DNA of 64,000 nucleotides from an uncultured virus (IMG/VR IMGVR_UViG_2834966965_000001) (lineage: Duplodnaviria; Heunggongvirae; Uroviricota; Caudoviricetes): IMG/VR virus record IMGVR_UViG_2834966965_000001, one strand, 5' to 3'. The translations under genes and the position numbers were made by a program. How positions within the stretch are numbered: position 1 is the first letter of the stretch; each line of letters starts with the position of its first letter. Of this stretch, positions 28,005-37,085 are shown in pieces. The notes beneath the pieces were generated by a model that made no database searches, was not told the origin of the DNA, and saw nothing but the letters and a program-made list of their open reading frames with translations.

Positions 28005-28460
28005 TTAGCTCTGCCTATGGAATAATGCCCAAACAGAGCCACCGATAAGAGCAAAAACACCAAACAGTATAAGGACAGGAGTCCAGCCGACAAACAAACT
28101 CATCATGGTCCACTCTTCCAGAGCATCCATGTCGTAATTGATAGTGAGTGTCCGTGTTTCACTTTGGGTAAGCCCTGTTACCTCAAGAGTCCTGGTTGCG
28201 GCGGTATAAGTGCCGGCAACTGGTACATCGGTTAGAACGGTTGAGGTTATTGATGTAACTGATGTTGCCCGGTCTCTATATAATTCATTCACCAATACCA
28301 CGTCTGCACTGGTTTCGCCTACCCCTGTGGTTACGGCTGTTTTAGCTTCGGATACAGTGTCTACCTGCAAATCATGAGCTGAATCAGTGAATACAGGCAT
28401 AACGCTAAAAATAGCCACAACACCGAAAGCTGCCACGATGATGCCAATAATTTGCTTCAA
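28005..28460 (-). CDS. Coat-protein paralogue with inserted Thr/Val-rich beta domain (151 aa)
   Basis: TTG start after GGAGGTGA; same two hydrophobic helices (VMP...WTPVL) with a long insert between them. Confidence 0.68.
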   Translation of the reverse strand: MKQIIGIIVAAFGVVAIFSVMPVFTDSAHDLQVDTVSEAKTAVTTGVGETSADVVLVNELYRDRATSVTSITSTVLTDVPVAGTYTAATRTLEVTGLTQSETRTLTINYDMDALEEWTMMSLFVGWTPVLILFGVFALIGGSVWALFHRQS

Positions 28461-28615
28461 ATACTTCTCACCTCCTCTCCTTATAATTTGGTTTTGAAGC
28501 ATTTTATCTTGCATTTTGGGCGTACTGAGCCGTTCATCGGCTCTCATTTTCCAAACAATACTATTAAATATATAAAAACCCTTTACCTTTTGATTTGAGT
28601 GAGTAAACTAGTGCT

Positions 28616-28891
28616 ATGAAAATGAAACTGAAGAATGAAAGACAACAGAGGAGTGAGCCCTTCGTACTTACTACGGTGGGTGAGGCTATCACTGAGCTGG
28701 AATTATTTAAGGATGATGTGAAGGTTGTGCTTGAACACTACAAACGCAGTCCGGCAGCCATGGCTAAGGTTGTTGGAGTGAACCGGCGTAAGATCCATGA
28801 TTGGCTTAGCGGCAGATCTTACCCTCGGGAACCAATAACGTTGTTGAGTATAATGAAATGTGCAAACAAAATACGGGCCTTAAAAAAATAG
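28616..28891 (+). CDS. HTH DNA-binding protein
   Basis: MAKVVGVNRRKIHDWLSGRSYP XRE-like motif. Confidence 0.7.
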   Translation: MKMKLKNERQQRSEPFVLTTVGEAITELELFKDDVKVVLEHYKRSPAAMAKVVGVNRRKIHDWLSGRSYPREPITLLSIMKCANKIRALKK

Positions 28892-29865
28892 CTCTCGGAC
28901 TGGTATTGGCGGTGACGTGCTTGGCTTGTCTGCCTGCGCCTGTGCTGGCTGTTGACCCGGCAACTCCTACTACATTTACCTTGGACTCGGTGCAGGTAGT
29001 TACCAACATACTTGAAGATGATGATATGGTTGTAGCTTTCCGTTACAACATCACCTACTCAAGCGGTCAGCCGTCTATCCCTGCTAATAAACTCTTTCAT
29101 TTTCGGCTGATGGATACTGACGGGATTACTCAGCTGGGAGCGATAGAACCTTACCCATACTATAATTCAGGTTATGGGCAGGGTTTTTCTGCCTTTTATT
29201 TTGCCGGCGATGCAGCTCCTGACTGGGAATCCGCTCTGGTGCTGAAAATGGTTGGAAACCCACAATATTGGGCCAGCCCGCCGGAAGTTAATTATACGCT
29301 GACCAGTGCTGATTACAGCCAGCTCTCTACCAGATCTGAGAATAGTTCCCTGCTGGGAAATTATATTATTGAGACCTGCCGCGACCTGGAAATAAACTGG
29401 TCTGTAAAATTGGTCACTGAAACTCCTCAGGGCACTATTTTAAACGATACAGGAGCTGCATATGGGCGTGGGACCATCCCAGGGCTACAGAACATGTGCC
29501 CTCAGATATTTTCTAGCCAGCAGCAGGTTATAGATATACCGGATCAGACATGGACTAACACCAAACTGAATGAGTGGATCCATCAGTTTGATGGAACAGT
29601 GGTAGGGGATGCCCTTATCGGCCTCTCAGATCTATTTTCAGTGTCATGGATAATACTAACCAGTCTGATCTGTGTAGTCCTGGTTATTTTGGTCTTTGTG
29701 TGGGGTATGCTGGCTTACTCTGATAATCAAGCAGCCATGGTTGCCGGCATCCGTATATTCTCCGGAGGGGCATTAATGGGTATTTTCCACCCGGCTGCCC
29801 TGGCATTAATAACTCTGGTTTATGCTGCTTACACCGCGTTTGTGATAATAGGAGATAAGGGATGA
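28858..29865 (+). CDS. Secreted-domain membrane protein, putative minor virion protein
   Basis: Signal peptide (PVLA-VD), beta-rich region, C-terminal TMs. Confidence 0.78.
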   Translation: MCKQNTGLKKIALGLVLAVTCLACLPAPVLAVDPATPTTFTLDSVQVVTNILEDDDMVVAFRYNITYSSGQPSIPANKLFHFRLMDTDGITQLGAIEPYPYYNSGYGQGFSAFYFAGDAAPDWESALVLKMVGNPQYWASPPEVNYTLTSADYSQLSTRSENSSLLGNYIIETCRDLEINWSVKLVTETPQGTILNDTGAAYGRGTIPGLQNMCPQIFSSQQQVIDIPDQTWTNTKLNEWIHQFDGTVVGDALIGLSDLFSVSWIILTSLICVVLVILVFVWGMLAYSDNQAAMVAGIRIFSGGALMGIFHPAALALITLVYAAYTAFVIIGDKG

Positions 29866-31598
29866 GAAAACTTAGGATACTCAGTTCCGGTGCTGTTCTG
29901 GGTACATTAGTTTGTATATTTACAGCCGGAGTAATCGCTGCTTCAACTATTACAGGTGCCTTATACCGGGCAGACATATCAGTGGCCAATATAAGCTACA
30001 CAGCAACAAAGGTATCTGTACCATTCACTTTTAATACGCAGAGCCTGCTTGATGGGCAATATATAAACTCCAGTTTCAGTAACGTAGTTATACGAGATTC
30101 GGCAGGGCAAGATATAGCTTTTATGCCTGGACAGGGGATTGATCCTTGGATTATGTGGGTCGAACAGATCAGCCAAAATTCGGCCTTGAATTATAGTCTT
30201 TATACCGGTGGAAATACTGCTATGGGTGGTAAATTGGCCTATTTCCCGGGTACATCTGGTATGACCGTGGCTGATGCTGCCAGTCTGGAACTGGGGAATA
30301 ATTTTGAGATTGAGTTATCTGGCTATTTTGAGAGTGGAAATATATGGAATAAGAGTCAGGTATTTGGTGTCCTTAATGATGCTTCGGGATTATCAGTATT
30401 CGGTTCGTCCTCAATTACTTATCAATATACATCTGGTACCGGTGTAATCGAGACAGTGCTAACAAATAATTGGGAAGGACAAACGTTTACTGCAACCAGC
30501 ACAAACTATGTGAGTGGCGTTGATTTATATGGAGCTAAGTATGGTAATCCCACAGGAAATTCTTACATCGCATTGTATGCTACCTCAGCGGGTTTCCCGA
30601 TTGGTTCCCCACTCACAGTTACTACGTTTGTTACTTCTACATGGACCAGTTCGTTGGAATTTCGCCATTATGATTTTAATGCTCCTGCAGTATTAACCAA
30701 TGGAGAAAAGTATGCATTAATACTGTACGTTGATAATGGGGATTCTAGCAATAATATACGATGGTATAAAGATGACACGTCACCTACATTTGCAGATGGT
30801 AATCGTGTATATAGTACCAATGGTGGCTCGTCTTGGACTAATGTCAGCGGTGAGGACTTTGGGTTCAAGATATATACAAATCCTATTATATGTAGCTATA
30901 GCCAATTGACTGGCGAACATACTATTAAAGTTACTTTAACTGCTGGAAATTCTTATTTATATGTAGATGGCGTGTTAGCTGACTCAGCTGCATTTGCAGG
31001 TTCCATTACTGATAATGCCAATGGCTGGGTTATCGGTGCAGGTGGCTCGATGCCTTATCTCTACTACGCCAAAATAACGGTGGGCGGGGTATTAAAAGGC
31101 TCGTGGGCATGGGAATACGCCGCCACATTCACAGATTTATCCGGTAATAGTAATGATGCCACGCCCTCATTCCGGACTACAACTACGGATGCAGACGTAA
31201 GCGCTTCAATAAAATCCTACAGTGCTATCAGCCAGTCATTGTCATCTATATCTGACGATGATGCTCCTAATGTCATTCCTGATATGCCAGAGGTGCCCTC
31301 AGGCTGGTTTACGGACCTACACCCAGAGACATTACCCGGTGGAACTGAAATAAATAATATGCTGATTGATGCGGATATCCCCCCTGGTGTCTTTTGGTAT
31401 CCTATGTGGTTTTTGGGTGGTACAGTAGTCGTTATGCTGGTGTTTGGAGTTAGCCGAAAAATATTACCGGCAGCAATGGGTGGTATTTCATGGGACATAT
31501 TCTGGTGTGCGGCAGTGGGTGTAGATTTTTGGGTTTTAATACCAAATAGCTTGGTGGCAATAGGGGAGATAGCCAACCGAAAGAAGCAGTCATTATGA
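29862..31598 (+). CDS. Putative spike / receptor-binding protein (LamG-like with inserted GQTFT domain)
   Basis: Signal peptide; LYVDG...DLSGNSND LamG-like motifs; C-terminal TMs. Confidence 0.8.
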   Translation: MRKLRILSSGAVLGTLVCIFTAGVIAASTITGALYRADISVANISYTATKVSVPFTFNTQSLLDGQYINSSFSNVVIRDSAGQDIAFMPGQGIDPWIMWVEQISQNSALNYSLYTGGNTAMGGKLAYFPGTSGMTVADAASLELGNNFEIELSGYFESGNIWNKSQVFGVLNDASGLSVFGSSSITYQYTSGTGVIETVLTNNWEGQTFTATSTNYVSGVDLYGAKYGNPTGNSYIALYATSAGFPIGSPLTVTTFVTSTWTSSLEFRHYDFNAPAVLTNGEKYALILYVDNGDSSNNIRWYKDDTSPTFADGNRVYSTNGGSSWTNVSGEDFGFKIYTNPIICSYSQLTGEHTIKVTLTAGNSYLYVDGVLADSAAFAGSITDNANGWVIGAGGSMPYLYYAKITVGGVLKGSWAWEYAATFTDLSGNSNDATPSFRTTTTDADVSASIKSYSAISQSLSSISDDDAPNVIPDMPEVPSGWFTDLHPETLPGGTEINNMLIDADIPPGVFWYPMWFLGGTVVVMLVFGVSRKILPAAMGGISWDIFWCAAVGVDFWVLIPNSLVAIGEIANRKKQSL

Positions 31599-31939
31599 GG
31601 CCACAATGGATCACATGGATTGTATTTACCTACCTGGTGGGGCAGGTTATGTGTCTGGTTTTGGAAGGTACATGGCTAGGCGCAGCTGATCAGTCTTTTC
31701 TCAATGCACTTCTTGGATTTACGGCTATCGAGTACACTGATAGTACAATTGCCAATGTAGGTATTACCGTGGTCAATATGGTAGCTGGAGCAGCTGGATT
31801 TTTTACTTATGCACTACCTAGATTATTGCTCTGGAATTACTCTTTTCTTGATGGTAGTTGGTTTTTAGCCAAGCTTTTCTTCTTATATCCTATTTCCGCC
31901 GGTACAATATTTGGCATATATACCTTATTTCGCAGGTAA
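31595..31939 (+). CDS. Small membrane protein
   Basis: ATGA overlap; counterpart of 7364-7660. Confidence 0.72.
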   Translation: MRPQWITWIVFTYLVGQVMCLVLEGTWLGAADQSFLNALLGFTAIEYTDSTIANVGITVVNMVAGAAGFFTYALPRLLLWNYSFLDGSWFLAKLFFLYPISAGTIFGIYTLFRR

Positions 31940-32188
31940 CAGCAGATATCGTTGTCTACGAAAACGCAATGCTTTGAATTGCTCACGGTAAATCCGTAAT
32001 TCAGTTATTGATAATCGATTATTACGAGAAGGCTGAATTTTTTCCCATAGCCGGGTACATGCCCGCTGACATGTACAGATGCTGCATCCCTCTTTTCCCA
32101 GCTCATCCGCACACTTGAACAGCTCACGCTGCAATTCTAAAAATAAATCAGATGCATCACAGAGCTCATTTAATTCAGTTGTCGTCAT
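31925..32188 (-). CDS. Hypothetical Cys-containing protein
   Basis: GAGGTGA SD; CxxCxCxxxC. Confidence 0.6.
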   Translation of the reverse strand: MTTTELNELCDASDLFLELQRELFKCADELGKEGCSICTCQRACTRLWEKIQPSRNNRLSITELRIYREQFKALRFRRQRYLLLPAK

Positions 32189-32197
32189 CAAATCACC

Positions 32198-32632
32198 TCA
32201 CTTATCAGATACTTTAGATACCAGCTCAAAGTTAAGGATTAAACCTGCTGCTCCTTTGGTAGAACTCGCGATTTTAGCACCGTCATATTGTGCGGGCACA
32301 TCACAAGTGAAACTTATACTCAATTTAGGGCTGATCAAACCTTGAATACCGTTGGACTTGATCTCTAAGTTTTCTGGCCCGGTAAAAATTATGGTTTGGT
32401 TTTTGGCTGGATTAATACCTTCCATCACAAGGGATATGCTTTCAATGTACACACATTCTGGATTAAGTGTTGATAACATGCCTACGTCTTGTAAAGTAAC
32501 CGAAGCTATTGCTTTTACATCCAGAAAACTAGGTCCACCTCCGGCATCTACAATTTCTTTCGCAGTGAATTTATCGACCTTTCCTAATACAATCGATTTT
32601 GGATTACTGGCGGTTTGTACTGATTTATTCAT
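32198..32632 (-). CDS. Hypothetical protein
   Basis: AGGAG SD; operonic ORF. Confidence 0.65.
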   Translation of the reverse strand: MNKSVQTASNPKSIVLGKVDKFTAKEIVDAGGGPSFLDVKAIASVTLQDVGMLSTLNPECVYIESISLVMEGINPAKNQTIIFTGPENLEIKSNGIQGLISPKLSISFTCDVPAQYDGAKIASSTKGAAGLILNFELVSKVSDK

Positions 32633-32827
32633 TTAATTATTCTCCTTTATTTTAGAGCGCCTTAGTATTAGTAAAATAAAGGTATATGAGGCAATTAGAG
32701 CTAAGGCTAATAACCCAACCTTTAGTATCAAGTCATCTTCATCAATAAAAAGTTTAATTAATAGAAGTGCTCCAATTTCGCAACTAAAAACCGAAAAATA
32801 GTACTCTTTTAATGTGATTTTTATCAT
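32633..32827 (-). CDS. Small two-TM protein
   Basis: SD and hydrophobic segments. Confidence 0.55.
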   Translation of the reverse strand: MIKITLKEYYFSVFSCEIGALLLIKLFIDEDDLILKVGLLALALIASYTFILLILRRSKIKENN

Positions 32828-32958
32828 TTCCCTTCCTTTCCCTTAGCACATTTTTATTAAGATAGGACTGCATTTTTTACAATTGTGAATTTTGATGTCT
32901 TATCGTTTTACAAAGGAGCTCTTTTGTAAACCCCTCAGGATCTGCCCGTTTTTAGCTT

Positions 32959-33273
32959 TCACAAATTACCTCCATCAGGGGTGGGGTTTGTAAAAGAGAT
33001 ATCTCCCAGAAAATTAAATCTGCCAGAGATCAAACCTATATAACTTGGCGGTGGTATTCTGGAGTTGATGAATTCCGCCTTATGTTCCAGTAAATAGGCT
33101 TGAATGTCTTGCTCGGTTAATCCGTCAGGAGCATCTCCATAAAAAATACATTCGAAGTCCAGAATTTCTAGCATACCAAAGTACAATCTTAAATTATAGT
33201 CATCAGGGACTTTTTCACGAGAATGGCGTCCGGCGTTTTTACGGATTTCTTTGAGTTGTTCTTCTGTTAACAT
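32959..33273 (-). CDS. Hypothetical protein
   Basis: Abuts the upstream gene. Confidence 0.6.
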   Translation of the reverse strand: MLTEEQLKEIRKNAGRHSREKVPDDYNLRLYFGMLEILDFECIFYGDAPDGLTEQDIQAYLLEHKAEFINSRIPPPSYIGLISGRFNFLGDISFTNPTPDGGNL

Positions 33274-33999
33274 TTACTTTGTCTCTACTTTCTTAAACTC
33301 TATGCCCCAGACCCAATCATTATTTGCCCACTCATGACCACGCTTAGCGTTTATCTTGTCCCAGAGTTCGCTATACCGCTTCCTGTAAGTTATGCCTCTG
33401 GAATAATCAATGTCACCAAAGTATTTTGTCCCTTCGGCTTGTGCATCCGGTTCGCTAATGTCCTGTATTCTCTGTACCCTTATCTCGGTTATCTCAAGCA
33501 GAATACGGGAATACTTACGTGGCATAAAAATTGAGGACTTCCATGGCTTAAGGTCAGAGTCAGTGTTATATGCCCACGACCCGAAATCAGCGGCGTAAAG
33601 TATGCCCAATTCACCATGACCGCTCGGCATATGTCCCCATTCAATAAGGTCATTAACTGATTTGAGATTTTGTCCGGCAATAAATTTATTATTAGCTTCT
33701 TCGGCAGTATCCTTGCGAAATGTTTGAAACGTCTCCTTAACCCATAAGCGGTCTCCGATAGTTCCATAAGGGCAATGTATTCTTCCCCCTGCATTATCAC
33801 TGTCTTCATCATGTAATATTTTTAAGTAGCAGTAGCCATCATTGTTTATTGAGTTATGCGGTACTGCATTATCAATCTGCCAAGCAGAATAGTAACAGGG
33901 AATCTTAATTACCCGTCTAGTCTGTGTCTTCTTACCATCCAGAATAGCCCGTACCATTTCACCCGACATTAAAATTGGTCGCTCTTTAATTGCTGTCAT
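33274..33999 (-). CDS. ASCH/PUA-like phage protein
   Basis: KERPIL...MVRAILDGKKTQTRR, CPYG..GDRLWVKE and MPR..SRI.LEI motifs. Confidence 0.8.
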   Translation of the reverse strand: MTAIKERPILMSGEMVRAILDGKKTQTRRVIKIPCYYSAWQIDNAVPHNSINNDGYCYLKILHDEDSDNAGGRIHCPYGTIGDRLWVKETFQTFRKDTAEEANNKFIAGQNLKSVNDLIEWGHMPSGHGELGILYAADFGSWAYNTDSDLKPWKSSIFMPRKYSRILLEITEIRVQRIQDISEPDAQAEGTKYFGDIDYSRGITYRKRYSELWDKINAKRGHEWANNDWVWGIEFKKVETK

Positions 34000-34292
34000 T
34001 TAATAAGCTCCTCATAGGTTTCGTTCAGTTCTTTCTCCCAATCAGGATGTGGGCAACCGCCTCTAGCAATATGTGCGTAACGAAATATTCTCCCTAAGAA
34101 ATCTAATAGTGCTGGATTGGTATCAGCTAAGTGGGGGTTCATCTCATTCTCTGTTAATCCCTCAATTACATATAAGGCTTTGTCTTTAAGGGTTAGCTCT
34201 TTTGTCATACTATCTTTTACCCTCCGCTCTTTAACGAGTTTTATGTTGTCCTTAGTGGCTTCTGTGGCAGTCATTCCTTTACGATATATCAT
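33996..34292 (-). CDS. Hypothetical protein
   Basis: Operonic ORF. Confidence 0.6.
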   Translation of the reverse strand: MIYRKGMTATEATKDNIKLVKERRVKDSMTKELTLKDKALYVIEGLTENEMNPHLADTNPALLDFLGRIFRYAHIARGGCPHPDWEKELNETYEELIK

Positions 34293-34296
34293 GTTC

Positions 34297-34701
34297 TTAC
34301 ACTCCTATTGCCTGTAATGAACAAAAATCAAACGTATTTAAGAACCGTACCCCATCATCCAAATTCTCAAATACTACATCCGCCAATTCTCTAACTATGG
34401 CAAAATATCTGCTAAACTCTGCATCCGATTCTTGTTTTTCATCTACAAGAACTACAGTTTTACCTAACGCTTTGGCATATCCAATCTCACATGCTAACCC
34501 ATATCCAGAAGGGTTTGTTTTTTCCATATACGCAAATACGATGTCGGACTCCTTCACATAAAAAATATCCCATACCTTATAGTGCGAAGGGAGTTTATGC
34601 CCGCTTACTTTAGGGTTAAAATACCTATGTTTTGGGCATATTTTCATCACATCTTCCTGCCACTCGGAGTTCATACCTCCTGAAAGATAAACTCTAACCA
34701 T
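34297..34701 (-). CDS. Nucleoside 2-deoxyribosyltransferase-like protein
   Basis: VYLSGGM, FNP, D.....SD and EIGYA.ALGK motifs. Confidence 0.8.
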   Translation of the reverse strand: MVRVYLSGGMNSEWQEDVMKICPKHRYFNPKVSGHKLPSHYKVWDIFYVKESDIVFAYMEKTNPSGYGLACEIGYAKALGKTVVLVDEKQESDAEFSRYFAIVRELADVVFENLDDGVRFLNTFDFCSLQAIGV

Positions 34702-35542
34702 TTATAATTCCCTCCATATTTGCAAACTGATTAAGCTTTTGAATTTTAAAATCAGGTAATACCAACTGCCCGAAGTCCTCCGGTGTGCGAAAGTCTACCT
34801 CAGTAAGAGGGCGACAAGAGGAATGAAGATACATACTATCGGTTATATAACCTCCATTCCTATTGCGTAGGGCATTATCAATTGAGGTTGCAACATCCCA
34901 ATCTGAAGTATTTTTTATTGATTGCCACTCGTTATTACACTGGTACGGGCAACATACACAGGCAGAGCGGGGAACATTTATGTTTGGGTAGTAATATGCA
35001 AGCCATTCTAAGCATGCCTGTCGTGACATAGGCATCATATTTACAAGGGGAAATACTGGGATTAGCCATTTATTATTTTGTCGGTAAGACAACATCCTAT
35101 TTGCTTCATCGGTGGATATTCCAATCCATAAATCTACTGCCTCAGAAGGAATACGCTCATTTGGTGTGACGCATAACCATCGGCGTATTTCGTGGCGTAT
35201 AGGGGCAATCTTATATTCTCTGGTGCATTGTCTCCGTAAAATGCTTTTAATGCCCGTCTTATTAATACAGTGGGCTGGTATGACAATAAACGAACTCTTT
35301 AATTCGTTTGCGTTCAGAATGTCATTTTTTAAGTCTCCAGCCTGTATACGTGCTATCGGTATACTGTTTTCCCCAGCCAGTTTGGTTAACCATGCGAGGT
35401 GAGCATAAGTGGCTTGGCTTTCTGCACCAGTATCGGCAAAAATGGCAATATCAGGTTTGGGTAACTGTCCTTTGATTGACATAAGAAGTATTGTGGTGCT
35501 TTGTACCCCAGCACCTAGTGATAGCACTGTAAATTTACTCAT
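34694..35542 (-). CDS. PAPS-reductase-like PP-loop (adenine nucleotide alpha-hydrolase) protein
   Basis: SLGAGVQST, FADTG.E, RQCT..YKI.P, GISTDE and SAC..CPY motifs. Confidence 0.8.
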   Translation of the reverse strand: MSKFTVLSLGAGVQSTTILLMSIKGQLPKPDIAIFADTGAESQATYAHLAWLTKLAGENSIPIARIQAGDLKNDILNANELKSSFIVIPAHCINKTGIKSILRRQCTREYKIAPIRHEIRRWLCVTPNERIPSEAVDLWIGISTDEANRMLSYRQNNKWLIPVFPLVNMMPMSRQACLEWLAYYYPNINVPRSACVCCPYQCNNEWQSIKNTSDWDVATSIDNALRNRNGGYITDSMYLHSSCRPLTEVDFRTPEDFGQLVLPDFKIQKLNQFANMEGIING

Positions 35543-35563
35543 ATCTCTATTGCCTGTTGCTGG

Positions 35564-35806
35564 TTACGCTGAAGTAACAACAGACATTACCGTGGGAATC
35601 AATCGGATATAATCCTTCACTACAGCCCCCCCCGCTCGTCTTAATCTACAAATAGTGCAAAGCTCCTTTTGCTTTTGTCTTATAAAATCCTCGCCGAAAG
35701 CCTTTAAAATCTTGGCCTTAATCTCTTCCCTTTGTTTTGCCTGACGTGTTATCTGTGCTTTTGTGAACATTTGTTTATTTCCTCTCAAATTTAATATGGC
35801 GGTCAT
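35564..35806 (-). CDS. Hypothetical protein
   Basis: ATGA overlap with the resolvase stop; GAGGTGA SD. Confidence 0.5.
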   Translation of the reverse strand: MTAILNLRGNKQMFTKAQITRQAKQREEIKAKILKAFGEDFIRQKQKELCTICRLRRAGGAVVKDYIRLIPTVMSVVTSA

Positions 35807-36486
35807 GCCGTCACCTCTTCTTTTTCCATCTCTATGTCCACCAGCTGGGGAATTGTTAGGCCTTGAGCCTGGCACTCTCTTTGCAGCCGGATCTGGACAA
35901 ACCCCGGGGTCACTTTTTTACCAACCCACTTGCTGATAATCTCGGCCGCTGCGGAAAACTTCCTACCGCCTAGCTGATAGGCTTTACAAACTTTTGTGAT
36001 GTCAATATCTATGCGGGGCTTGCCGATTGGATTACCCGACTTAGTGCCGCACTTTTTTGCGTGCAGCATCCCCGCCATTGACCGCTCCCGGATGATGTCT
36101 CTTTCAAACTGAGCAAACCCTGCATAGATGGTAAAGATAAGGTCTCCGGCTGGACCGGCGACATTGAGCTCCGGCTGGGTCATAAAAACCATGTCTATAC
36201 CATAACCCCGTAAAATCTTTACGGTCCGCCAGGCCATCTCTATATCCCTGAAAGCCCGATCCATTTTCCAGACCACCAGGGCTTTATACTTTCGCTTGGC
36301 AGCGTCTTCCATGGACCGCGCCCAGGCCTTACGGTGGACGAAGTCACTGGCAGAAGCCAGATCTATATACTCTTCAGATATTTCCCAGTCCTGCCGCCGG
36401 CAATATTCACGGAGCTCGGCCAGCTGGACTTCCGGGTTCTGGTTCTTATCAACAGTGCTTACCCTGGCATATAACGCGACTTTCAC
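35803..36486 (-). CDS. Small serine recombinase (resolvase/invertase)
   Basis: ALYARVST, VWKMDR..R and FERDII.ER motifs. Confidence 0.92.
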   Translation of the reverse strand: MKVALYARVSTVDKNQNPEVQLAELREYCRRQDWEISEEYIDLASASDFVHRKAWARSMEDAAKRKYKALVVWKMDRAFRDIEMAWRTVKILRGYGIDMVFMTQPELNVAGPAGDLIFTIYAGFAQFERDIIRERSMAGMLHAKKCGTKSGNPIGKPRIDIDITKVCKAYQLGGRKFSAAAEIISKWVGKKVTPGFVQIRLQRECQAQGLTIPQLVDIEMEKEEVTA

Positions 36487-36737
36487 AGTTTTATATCCTC
36501 TCCGCGTTCTTTGGCAGACCTAACGTATTGGATGAATCCTAAATATGAAAAGTCAAAGCCTGTGATAACCCCAGCAATTAGGCATAAAAGGAGATCTAAT
36601 TTAGGTACATCAAATTCACCCACTCCCAGCAATGAAATCAATCCCACCAAGTTTATAAATAAGAAACTGGGAGATTTAAACGCTCTTGCGAACGTAATCA
36701 GGTCCGCTTTTGTAAGTTCATTTTTAGTATTTTTCAT
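36483..36737 (-). CDS. Small two-TM protein
   Basis: AAGGAG SD before MKNTKNE; overlaps the resolvase start. Confidence 0.55.
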   Translation of the reverse strand: MKNTKNELTKADLITFARAFKSPSFLFINLVGLISLLGVGEFDVPKLDLLLCLIAGVITGFDFSYLGFIQYVRSAKERGEDIKL

Positions 36738-36796
36738 GTCAGCCAACTCCTTTTTATGTGTCACCCTAAATTTGAGTGACACATATTTATTTTGAG

Positions 36797-37032
36797 GTGC
36801 AAGAAATCTTGACAATTACGAATGAGTATTTTATTTTTAGCTTTAATATTTTCTTGCACTTCTCTTGCACCTATTATTAATTTAGCTTTATATTTTCTTG
36901 CACTTGTCTTGCACCTGTATTGCACTTCTCTTGCACTTCTTGCACCCTCTTGCACCCCCAAGGTGCAAGAAATTTTACGTTCAGATAATTTTTGGCTTAC
37001 GATTAAAAATAGTTTTCTTGCACTTCTTGCAC
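36797..37032. repeat. E2 replication origin: (C)TTGCAC iterons
   Basis: 10 forward and 2 inverted copies, often 11 bp apart, in AT-rich DNA just downstream of the primase-helicase. Confidence 0.82.
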
Positions 37033-37085
37033 CATTTTTTAATACATGGGATATTTTCGGGGGCGACACACATTTTTTCATTGTT

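Noticed and set aside
28560..31940. Invertible spike cassette (plus-strand block inside minus-strand genes)
   Set aside because: I found no flanking inverted repeats and no alternative silent spike ends; it reads as a divergent operon.
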